Assembly: GCA_964016885.1 (NCBI GenBank)
Contig: OZ024742.1
Span: forward strand, 338,210,001 to 338,274,000
From: Eledone cirrhosa
Lineage: Eukaryota
Length of the DNA stretch: 64,000 nt
Direction of reading: 5' to 3'
Shown: piece after piece, positions 53,244 to 64,000 of the stretch
Numbering within the stretch: the stretch's first letter is position 1
How the letters are laid out: every line of letters starts with the position of its first letter
Program-made: the position numbers and the translations under genes
Notes under the pieces: model-generated
The model's input: the letters and a program-made list of their open reading frames with translations, nothing else
Told to the model about the DNA's origin: nothing
Database searches by the model: none

Positions 53244-53447
53244 ACTTCCGCCCGCCATTACATTTCCTTAATTCTCAGTCAAAATATTTTGGTCTGAAAT
53301 TTTACATCTTTTCACTTCTCACCTTTCTGATATAAAGTATCTTTATCTGAAATATATTATCTGTCCCACACGGAACATATGAGATTAACAATAGTGAAAT
53401 ATTTGAATTGAAAAACTATCGGAGGAACATACGAAGAAGAGGTTAGT
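53244..53447 (+). promoter_or_regulatory. Paralogous putative promoter and exon 1, for ZNF copy 3
   Basis: ACTTCCGCCCGCCATT, TCAGTC at 53275 and donor variant GAG|GTTAGT at 53442. Confidence 0.5.
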
Positions 53448-53830
53448 AATTTTGAAAGAATTTGTTTTTTAAATTTTATTAATAAACGTGAATTGTTGGT
53501 GATATTCTGTGTAACTTACAACATATAAATATATATGAATAAATAATCTACAAACGATCAACGTGACAACATCTGTTTAATTAACAAAATTATATTTGTT
53601 CCACCTCGACTCTATTTTATCAACATTGGCCGCCAATTATGTTATCAAATCAACTCCTTTCCCTTCCCAATTGTCTTATATATAGGATATTATATTCTCT
53701 TCCAAATTATATATATGATATTATGTTTAGTATCGTCCTAATTATCTTAGATATACAATATGATATAAATATCAGACATTTGATGTCAGTTAAATTTGTA
53801 TAAACTACAGGCGAGTTAGGGTTAATGGGC

Positions 53831-55135
53831 TAGGGGCGACGTCCATACTCCAATTGCCACGCAAAACGTCAAAATGACGTTTTGGGTGGGTTTTGAGAAA
53901 AGTTTGGGCACTACCATGCTATTAACTGTCAGAAGTGAAAGTTTCGTCAATCTTCTCATTCGTAAACATCTTTTATTTCCGTATTACCACGCGTTATTTT
54001 AATAAAGCATATCGATGCAAGTGGAGTTACTTAAATGAAAATATAGGTGGCCCTTAAAAGTGCCAAATTAGAAAACAAATTTAAGTTAATTAGAAAACAA
54101 GTCTTGGTTATCAAATAAATTTGATTTATATTTTCATAGTCATGGTTCTCAATTTCATGTATAGGGTTGGTGAAAAAAATTTGATAACCATATATTTGTT
54201 TTCTAATTTTGCCCTTTTAAGGGTCACCTATATTTTCATTTAAGTTAACTCCACTGTTGGTGAAAATGACTTGTTTTCTACATTGATAACAATGACTATG
54301 AAAATATAGTTCATGGCATTAGCTGTCAGAAGTAACTCCACTGTTGGTGAAAATTCATTTAAGTTCATGGTATTAGCTGTCAGAAGTAATTTCACTGTGG
54401 GTGAAAATGACTTGTTTTCTACATTGATAATCATGACTACGAAAATATAAATGATTAAATCCAATTTATTTGATAACCATGACTTGTTTTCTAATTAACT
54501 TAAATTTGTTTTCTAATTTGGCCCTTTTAAGGGCCACCTATATTTTCATTTAAGTATCCACTTACATCGATATGCTTTATTAAAATAACGCGTGGTAATG
54601 CGGAAATAAACGATGTTTAAATTGAGAAGGTTGACGAAACTTTCACTTCTGACAGCTAATAGCATGGTAGTTTCTTGTGACGTTTTGCGTATAATCATAA
54701 ATTAAGAATTTTGACTCACCCCCAACACGCGCTCTGTCAACAGCCAACGTATTCTGCCATTTTATTTATACTTATGTGCCCCCTGCCCCTGAAATTTGTT
54801 TCCCCCCCCCCCCCCCCCGGAAACTCGCTTTAAATTCCATAAAATTAGCTTTGCCCCCTAATTCTAAAAGTCATTTGAGATAAATTAATTTATAAGCATT
54901 GTTCAACTTTATGGAGCTTTTTTTCACCATTGATAACGTGTGTGTGTGTGATAACTTCTTATCGACAAAAGAAGACTGTTAACATCCCTAATTTTTAACC
55001 CTAAGTCAATTGAAGGTTTTTATGAGTGTTTTTCATCTTTGTCACGCTTGACGTTTTCGGTACTGGGTGGGTGGGTCACGTCCAAAACGTCATTTTGACG
55101 TTTGGCGTGGCGATTTGTGTATGGGTTTCGCCCCT
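53831..55135. mobile_element. Non-autonomous hAT-like DNA transposon
   Basis: Imperfect TIRs of about 55 bp starting TAGGGGCG; 8-bp TSD TAATGGGC at 53823 and 55136. Confidence 0.75.
53910..54671. repeat. Foldback element with arms of about 245 bp and internal tandem subrepeats, nested in the hAT-like element
   Basis: 53910-54152 is the reverse complement of about 54422-54671. Confidence 0.85.
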
Positions 55136-55162
55136 TAATGGGCAAAGAAAACTCCGGGAGAG

Positions 55163-55235
55163 GAACAGATCCGAGGGATAACCCCCCCCCCCCCCTCGGA
55201 ATACGAGGCGGGGTGCAGTTATCCCTCGGATCTGT
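55163..55235. repeat. Small hairpin with 18-bp arms
   Basis: ACAGATCCGAGGGATAAC ... GTTATCCCTCGGATCTGT. Confidence 0.8.
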
Positions 55236-55949
55236 CCTTGGCTGCTTATTTTCAGGAAGACACGCTCCCCCCCCCCCCCCCCCCAAAAAAAAGACCCCCA
55301 CAGGGATTGAAATGGTAAAGAAAAGCTACATAAGGGTAATAAGTTCGAAGACTCCTCTTCGCCCTCCATTTTCCAGGGAAAAAAGTCTTCATGACCACTG
55401 ACCACATTAGGGAGGAAAGTTCAATTGAGAGAGCACAAAGGAAAAAAAAAATGATCTCCTACTGAAATCGGTGGGGTTATCTTTATATAGATTTACCCTA
55501 TATCATTCTAAAATAACAGGAATTATCGGCAAACTATTTTTTTAGCCTGTCACGTTTTAATTTAATTTGGTGAGCTAGTCCTCTGACTACGAGGTTCTTG
55601 TCACTGTTAATGGCTCACCTTATTTAATGTATTAAGTGATGTTCACAAAGGTGCCCGGTTATTCTAGCGGCAATACTCCTGTTTTGTTGACTTGCCTGAA
55701 AAGTTATTAGAGGGAAAATTTCAGTCCCTTTTGTGCTGTGTGATTGAGTGCCCTAACCACCCGCCCCTTTATATATTTATACATGAGAATTTGACACGGT
55801 TCAGTTTATGCAAACAAAGAAAGCTGGAACTGGTGCATAGCCCCACAACCCTGACACCGATCACTGCAGTTCCTTGCACTAGTTTTTGGTACCGCAATGA
55901 GTCCATTGTCACACATCTTCTGTGCCCTCCATCACTGACAGTCCCGTGC

Positions 55950-57900
55950 CTTCTGCATTCTCCAAGGTGAAGTCGAGCTTCTGGAGATCTTCCTTAATCA
56001 CATCTAGCCATTTTGTGCAGGCCTCTTCCAACCCTCAGCTGCTGCAGTAAACGAGAGTAAGGCACTTCTAATATGATCTGGCAGAAGACAGACAACGTGT
56101 GTACCAACGCATGCAGCAGATGTCTCAGAGAGGGGGATTGCAGGCTAATGTGTGTGTGCATGCAACTGTTGATCCTTTTTGTGAGGGACTACGTTTCTGT
56201 TCCATAGTGAACAGACCAAAGCATTGTAGATATGGAGCTTCATCTTCCAAAACATAGAGCAGTGGTATGAAAGAGGCTTCTGTAGGGAATGCATAAACCC
56301 GATGGCGAGATCACATCTGCAGTTGATATCAATGGGGTCAGGTCTCCAATGTTGGTGATTGTGGAGTCCAGGTAAATGGAGGAGCTGATGAACTCCACAA
56401 TGCTGGGGCCAGTATGAAGCAGGGGAGGGTGTGGGTCTTCGCCCAGGTCACCTGAAGGCCAAACTTTGCCAATTCCTTCCTGAGCTGGTTGATCGAGTTG
56501 GTGAATAAGGTTGTTCCAGAAAGCAATGGCAGAAACTTGTTCACAGACCTTGGTCATCAGATAGTCGATATCACCGTTGAAGAGATCAGGGGCAAACATG
56601 CCCTTTCTGAAACTGCTGTTGACGGGGACCCAGATGGAGTCCTTCCCGTTCATCCACATGCAAATCTTGGCACTGCTATAGAACCATTGGAGCAGGGTGG
56701 TGTGCCGAAGAGGCTGAGAATTTTCAATAGGGATGCGTGGTCGACTATGTCGAAAACTGCGTTGTGTCAGCGAAAGAAACATATAGGTCCCGATGTTTGT
56801 GGAATTCCCAACGTCTATTAATAATGAAACGTAGGATTGAAATGTGGGTCGGTGGTAGATCAATTTGGCATGAATCTGGCTTATTGTAGGTGACGTCTGC
56901 TTCTATGAGAAGGATCTTGGTAAAGAGCTTCCTCATGTTAGGGAAGAGTGTGATGCCCCTGTGGTTGTTACAGATGAGTTTGTCACCCTTCCATTTGCAG
57001 AACAGGAGGATGATGCCCCACTGTCCAGTCATTTGTGAGCTGCTCCGACACCTATATATAGTTGATGATGCGTGTGACTCACTGGTTCATTATCTCCATC
57101 CTCCTTCAACATCTCCACAGCAGATTCCAAGGGGTTTATGGTTGTTGAGCTTCTTCTGGACGGAACTGACTTTGTCACGGGGGACAGGATCGAGACAGCA
57201 AGTGTCATTGCTTGTAGCTGTCTTTTTCGATGATGGCTAGGCTGGGAACGATTGGGATGGTTAGGTAATGAAGAAAGCTGAAGTGCTCTTTCCAGGATTC
57301 TAGATGGGCAGTTTCTGTAGTGATAATGTTGAGGTTAGTATTCATTACCAGAGCTGTCTTTATCTGGTGACCAGCATGGGCAATGCGAAGTGTGTGACTG
57401 AGGTTGTTGTTCCTTGCCTCTGTCACCAAGCATGTGTCTTCTTTCTCTGAGAACTTCTCCCAGTTATCTGTGATGATCTTGTTGTATATCTGGTTGAGCC
57501 GGCGGCACTCATGTTGCTATGCAGGTGGGTATGTGATGTCAGTTGATTATCTCTAGCAGTGAAATCGCGGCCAGTTTCGGAAGAGGTGTTGAGTTTACCA
57601 GGGTGACACACGCAGACGGGTTGATGCTTGATTTGAAGATCTTCCAGTTTGCAGTCTTGTCCTTGGCCCTGAAGTGATAGGTGATAAAACACATCAATGT
57701 AGACATGATGTTTGGATCATAGAGGCAGGATGAATCAAGGTGGAACTGGTGGCAGAGTCTGCCTGCAACTTCAACTTCAGTGTCGCAGCCAGCAATTAGT
57801 GGGTATTGCTGACTGCAGCAGTCCAGTTTCTTTTGGTCAGTGTCGTTACAGGTTGAGGGTTCGTTGTTCGTCCTCTGCAGAAGAGTTTGATGATGGTGCT
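55950..57900 (-). mobile_element. Old degraded RTE-like LINE
   Basis: WKGDKLICNNHRGITL, SWKEHFS and APDLFN remnants. Confidence 0.65.
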
Positions 57901-59587
57901 GCTGTCAAACTGACACATCGCATTTCATCATTTCTCTGGAACCTCCCACCGGGTATGAAAAATAAACTCAAATGTGGCAATTTAAAAATTGCCCCACTGG
58001 TAACTTTTCATGAAGCATTTCACTGAAATATTCAAGAGTAAGATCGTGTACAACTTTGAATGTTATCAGAAGGATTTAAAATATTATTTAGGCTTTTATA
58101 GGAAGCCAGTGAAGAGTCATAATAAACTCAGAAGTATGACTTTATTTATTTCTAACAAATATCCTAGCTGTTGTATTCTAAATCAATTGCAGTTTTATTT
58201 GATATTAAGGTAAGTTATATAGTAACACATTACCATTGTTCAGTCTGTCTGATAAATAGGACTTTAGTCATTTGAATATGCCTGTTACTCCAAAGTGTTT
58301 CTCCATCTTGTTGAATACAATTTTGTAGTCAATGTAATTAGAAAACATCAGTCCTATGTACAAAAAAGTGTTTGTAATATTTGTTTTTTGTTTCAGTTAT
58401 TTTATTAAATGCCTCAAACGTGAGTGCTTGCCTAAGAAAGGGATGAAAGGATCCTTCAGTTGTGAAGGGCACGAAAACCTCCCTAGTGTTGGTGATCTAC
58501 ATGATAAACTCACCCAGTATTTACTGTAATGTGGTTGGTGATATGAAGGGTATCCAGCTGTAAAAAGCTGGCTAAACAAAGGTTTAGGAGGTCCCTCTTG
58601 TGTCCAAGACAGGACAACCTCCCTAGTCCTGGAGCCATGATAAAATGTACTTGGGTGAGATGTAGACACCTGGCCTGTCTGGGAGCTCAGTAGAAGTACT
58701 TCAGTAGTGACTCAGTTTGTGAAAAGCTGTCCAACTCTTGGTAGTAGAGAAATGGATGTTAGATCATTATACTAATAAACAGTTAGGAATTTACAGATAC
58801 AGATCAATCAGGTACTGTTTATTTCTGTCTTATGAATTTTATATCCTAAGTATGGCAATATAGGAATACTGATTATAATAATTCTCTTGATACATTAGGA
58901 TTTAATAATGACTAAAATAATTAAACAGGGTTTATGTGGTGGGGTGGATGTTTATACTAGGCTAAAATAAAGATTGGTAAAAAGAATCACCTTAAGACAA
59001 TCCCAAAACTAACAAACAAGTTCTGTACAATCAGATCTGATCTTTTTTGATTATATATAGAAGATACTGAAATCCAGTGGAATATTGTTTTGTGACTGTT
59101 GTTTAAGAAATTTGGCTATTTAGATGAAAGGTTCTCAACGATGGGGGCGCTGGAAGGCTCTTTCCTTTGGTAAACTTTATAAGCCATATTTGTACATTTC
59201 TGAGACAGCTGGTGTGAATGCATTTGAATGAAGAAAACAAAGAAAATAAATAAAAGAATCTTGTCAACGAATTCCCTAGGGAGATAAATAAAAGAAATCA
59301 AAGAAAATGAGAATAAGGCCAGCGTCAAGTATGACAACAGTTACAAGTACAATTTCAACAGAAATGACAAGAAAAAGAAGCAATGGTGATTAAAGGTGTG
59401 GGTGTATACTTATACATACATATGAACATACACACACATGCATACGTATGTACATACATACACATATATACACACACAGGCCAGCATTGTTGTTTATGAG
59501 GTTGAAAAACTGTGGTAGTTAATCTCCCTAAGTCATAAAATCTGGAGTCAAAATTCTCTTCTTACCAAAAAAAACATCCTTATAGGC

Positions 59588-60060
59588 CAGTGCACGAGCT
59601 TCTGAAAATGAGGGTCATCGTGTTCGCAGACAAAGAGGAAACTCAATGTCGACGGCCACTGCACGGGCTACGGAGACATCATCTGAAAGGCTTGACCGGT
59701 TGCAGAGTAATCATTAAAGAAGCCTTTCCAGAAATGTCTTTCAAGGCCTTCCAGTTCGCGATGGCTACTTAAGGCGTTGCTGACGTGATCATTGGCCATA
59801 TGTCCACCATTTGCACCTACTACAATGTCAATGTGGCCAGGTGAACCATCTGGGATGTGCTGCGTGAATGGAAAGGTCAGCTTACCTTTCCTCCTTGAGC
59901 CATTGAAGACGTATCTGGCAGGTGAAACAGCGGAATCTAGGCACTTCCTTGAAAATATCCGGAAATAAAACTGCGCCTTTCAGATAACATCGTTTGGAGA
60001 AAACATTGTTAAGGAAGACAGTTTCATGCCTACATTTAAAGTTCAGGGGCAACTGTGTGT
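59588..60060 (+). mobile_element. Helitron RepHel N-terminal fragment
   Basis: Translates to EPSGMCCVNGKVSLP...SRHFLENIRK*NCAFQITSFG...FMPTFKVQGQ, the conserved Helitron N-terminal block. Confidence 0.8.
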
Positions 60061-61080
60061 GGCCATAGATAAGTCATTGAGAAGCAGTCGCTAAGATCAA
60101 CACCTTTTCATCAAAGGCGATATTATTTTACCTATCCAGGCAACGCTGAGTACTGCTGCTAGTACCATATATATATATATATACGCATTGTGACAAGCAG
60201 CCTGCTTCCCAACCACATGTTTCTGGGTTCAGTCCCACTGCCCGGGCCGACCAAAGCCCTGTGAGTGGATTTGATAGACCGACACTAAAAGAAGCCTGTC
60301 GTATGTATGTCTGTGTGTGTCTTTGCATTTGTGTTTGCCCTCCCACCAATGCTTGTTTGTTTGTTGACGTCCCAATAACTTACCAAGGTGATGCTCCAGC
60401 ATGGGCTTATTCCAGAGACACAAAAAGAAAGTGTATATATAGATGTGTGTGTGTGTAGAAGAGGGGTCTCAAACTCAAGGACACAAAAGGGCCATTACGT
60501 CCTGTAGGAGAGGCACAGTGGGCCAAACGTGGTGGTGGGTGATGATTTTCACCAGTTATAATCATTTCTACTATAGGCACAAGGCATGAAATTTGGGGTT
60601 TAGGGTCCTGTCGATTACATCGATTACAGTTCACAACTGGTACTTAATTTATCGACCCCAAAAGGATGAAAGGCAAAATTGAGATTGGCGGAATTTGAAC
60701 TCAGAATGTGAAAACGGAAGAAGTACCGTTAAGCATTTCGCCAGATGTGCTAACGATTCCAGCTCACCGGCTTATTTTCACCAGTTATAATGCAATCTGA
60801 TATATTGGTTCTACCATGGGCCATAGAAAAGTAGTTTGCAGGCCACATGTTTGAGGCTCCTGTTGAAGAGATGGATAGACGTGTATCAAACACACACACA
60901 CATTTCCTACTCTGTCTGTCTCTCCCTCTTTCTCTGTTCATTTATATATATAGTGTTGTCATGTTGAAAAGAACAGTGGCCTTTGACCCAGCAATAAAAA
61001 CTGGAGACAAAATTCTTTCTGTAGCAAAAATAAGACGCACACACACAAGTTTATGTGTGTGTGTATCTATCTATGTGTGT

Positions 61081-61450
61081 ATCATCATCATCATCATCAT
61101 CAACGTTTAACGTCCGTGTTCCACGCTTGCATGGGTTTGGACGGGGGTATTCCCACTTGAGGCAAGAGTGATTGTCTTGCTCGCATAGGACTGTCTGGCA
61201 GGTTTTCTACAGTTGGATGCCCTTCCTAACACCAACCACATTTACAGTGTGGGACTGGGAGGTTTTTACCGTGTTGCCTACACGGCCACATTACAGCGTG
61301 GACTGTGTTTTTTTATCGTGACACCTACACGATCTCATTTGTTTCGGCCTGGATGTTGTGGCACCAACATAACTTTACATAGGAGGGGGTGGTGTGGGTG
61401 GTGGGATGGGGGTGTATTTTGTTAGGGATGCCTACTGGCTGTAGTAGGTT
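61081..61450 (-). mobile_element. RTE 3' UTR fragment
   Basis: Reverse complement of 8190-8550; absent from the paralogous sites at about 4500 and 44165. Confidence 0.85.
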
Positions 61451-61468
61451 TTACTATGTATTTTTTTT

Positions 61469-61503
<35 letters not shown>

Positions 61504-62318
61504 GGATACAGATATTGATTGTTCACTGTCACCAAGCATCTCAATTCATTCGTTGCAACTAAGTTTGTGATCGAGGTACTTTATTTTGCAAGGTACTATT
61601 TTTGCCTTGAGTTTGTGATTCCAGAGAAAAGTAATATTTTGTATCTTTGGTATTTTGAGTTTACGGTTTGAATTGTAGAATTGTCTATCTACTCAAAATA
61701 TTGCAACAGCTAACAGTGAGATATAGAATTTAAAAAAAAAAAGCTTTTTCGACTGAGATCAAGCCTTTGAGAACATTCATGTCTATTTTTCAAAAATATA
61801 TAATTTGAAATACTTTGCTTTTCTTTGGACTTTTTTGTATTTAATTTGTGCGAGTATTTTTTAGAGATTCTAACATAACTTGATTTGGTCCAGTAATCTA
61901 CTGATATCAAAATCAGTAGTATATTGAAAAATGGAAAAATAGGGTGGCGCGTTTCGTGATTTCGAGTGGTAAAAGGGGGTGTTTGCCCCAAATGGGTTGA
62001 GAACCTGTGATTTAGATCTACATAAATTCTTATTTCTACCTATACCTTCTTTCCTTTCTTCCATTCCCATTCATGTCTACTTATTTCTATCACTAATCTG
62101 TTTCCTTTCTTGATAAAAGTGATAGTTCATTATTTATTTTTAGTTTGTAGTTAAACATGTTACATAAAAGAACTTTTAGTTAATTTAAAGAAAACGAGAG
62201 ACCATTTCGTTGGTATCCCCAGGTCAGACTGTGTGTATATGTATTATATATGACATATTCCTATTTCTGACTTACTATGTGTATATATTTCCAGTATCTG
62301 ACTTACTATTTATTTATT

Positions 62319-62453
62319 CATCATCATCATCATCGTTTAACGTCCATCTTCCACGCTTGCATGGGTTTGGACGGGAGTTTTCCCACTTGAGGCAAGATTT
62401 GTTGTCCTGCTCGTATAGTACTGTCTGGCAGGTTTCCTACGGCTGGATGCCCT
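62319..62453 (-). mobile_element. 135-bp RTE 3' stub between 95-bp direct repeats
   Basis: Same junction as the RTE at 44990. The flanks 62224-62318 and 62454-62548 are direct repeats. Confidence 0.85.
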
Positions 62454-62705
62454 TCAGACTGTGTGTATATGTATTATATATGACATATTCCTATTTCTGA
62501 CTTACTATGTGTATATATTTCCAGTATCTTACTTACTATATATTTATTGTGTATATATTTCCAATATCAGTCATACTGTATATATATCCTATATTAGTCA
62601 TACTGTCATATATATTCCTATATCTAACTTATTATGTATATATTACCAATATCAGTCATACTGTATATATATCCTATATCAGACATACTGTATATATATC
62701 CTATA

Positions 62706-63449
62706 TAAATAATAATAATAATAAAATTATTGTGTACAGTGCTCAGGTGCACTACAACTCATCAAAGGTGCATGTATAGTACATAGAATAATGTACAAAT
62801 GTCAGGAAAATAAACAGTGTATGAGTCATGATATAATAACAATAATGAAATATTGTGCACAGTGCCCAGGTGCACCACAACCCATCAAAAAAGTGCATGT
62901 ACAGTACATAGGGCAATGCACAATCATCAGTAAAATGAACAGTGCACGAGTCATGATACACACATGTGTGCATGTGTATGGAAGGGGCACATCAGGTGTA
63001 GTTTTGGCGTATTTCGGGAAGCATGAGTGCCTTAAAGGATGCAGTGTCTCGGCAGCTAACAATTGACGCAGGCAGTTTGTTCCATGCTTCATCAACTCTG
63101 AGCGTGAAAAAATGTCTGCGAAAGTCATGGGAGCTGTGCTGTTTTCTTATCTTGTAGGCATGTCCACGTGTGTTAGACACATGGAGATCAAAGAGGCGCT
63201 CAGGGTTGCAGTTGGCGAGATGGTTAAAAACTCTGTAGGTATTCACCAAGTCCATTGCCAGACGTCGGAGCTTCAATGAATCCATGCCCAGGGAAGCAAG
63301 GCGTTCAGAGTATGGTAGGTGTCTGATGGAGGGTATGCGCTTGGTTACACGTCTCTGAACAGTTTCCAGGAGGTCAATGTTCCGAGCAAGATAGGGGTTC
63401 CAGACTGATGATGCGATTTCCAAGTGTGGTCGCACCATAGCTGTATACA
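62706..63449 (-). mobile_element. Two stacked CR1 3' ends (62706-62833 and 62834-63449)
   Basis: ORF 62992-63438 is the CR1 RT C-terminus; there are two successive 3' UTR ends, each with a (TTA)n tail. Confidence 0.88.
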
Positions 63450-63726
63450 GTCATATATATTCCTATATCTGATTTATTATGTATATATTATCATGACTGT
63501 AGTCAAGACACTTTTCTCTAATGACTTATAATGTGTCAACAGTGAAAATATCCCTAATATTTTATTCTCTCTTTATATATTTCAGATTATCTGAAACTGT
63601 TTCTTTACAACTGAAACATCTTCAGACTTTCACAAAGATAACAGTTGAAGAAAATATAGTCTTGAAAATATTTTGTGAAAAATTCAAGAAGAAAAGTAAT
63701 TTTCTGTTTTGTAAAGAATATTTGAA

Positions 63727-64000
63727 ATGATGGAGAAAAAAGCATACCATTGTGTTACCTGTGGTCAATCTTTCCATTCTAATTCTTCTTTACGAAGCCA
63801 TAAACATATTCACAATGGTAGAAGACAATTCCGTTGTGATATCTGTGGTAAAATATGCCCTAGTAATTCTTCTTTAACTATACACAAACGTAGTCACACT
63901 GGAGAAAAACCATGCCAGTGTGAATTCTGTGAGAAAACCTTCTATGATAATTCTTCTTTAACTAAACACAAACATATTCACACTGGAGAAAAACCATACC
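63727..64000 (+). CDS. C2H2-ZNF copy 3, 5' part (continues beyond the window)
   Basis: ATGATGGAGAAAAAAGCATAC...; the first three fingers are open and collinear with copy 1. The acceptor ends at 63585. Confidence 0.88.
   Translation, partial: MMEKKAYHCVTCGQSFHSNSSLRSHKHIHNGRRQFRCDICGKICPSNSSLTIHKRSHTGEKPCQCEFCEKTFYDNSSLTKHKHIHTGEKPY

Overview
This is eukaryotic (animal) genomic DNA with an AT-rich host background. The SINE families and the effector-less C2H2 zinc-finger genes look cephalopod (Octopus-like), which is an inference. The window is part of a head-to-tail amplicon of a multi-finger C2H2-ZNF gene: copy 1 at 9114-11432 is intact with 27 fingers, copy 2 at 47402-49620 is frameshifted, and copy 3 starts at 63727 and runs off the window. 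Each unit has a putative ETS/YY1/Inr promoter and non-coding 5' exons. Paralogous units differ mainly by transposon insertions, so several insertions can be read against an empty site inside the window. The elements include CR1, RTE (with a PHD-like finger inside ORF2), two stacked L1-Tx1 elements, a GC-rich CRE-like element, HERO-like remnants, a Merlin element with very long inverted arms, Helitrons, hAT-like MITEs, foldback palindromes and tRNA-derived SINEs. The most notable signals are: Tx1 elements stacked at a (TATC)n tail/target; three cases of a TE terminal stub flanked by a duplicated flank; divergence between ZNF paralogs concentrated in the recognition helices; a 7-finger higher-order repeat; and PHD-like fingers in three unrelated LINE clades. 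All coordinates were read by eye and may be off by a few bases.
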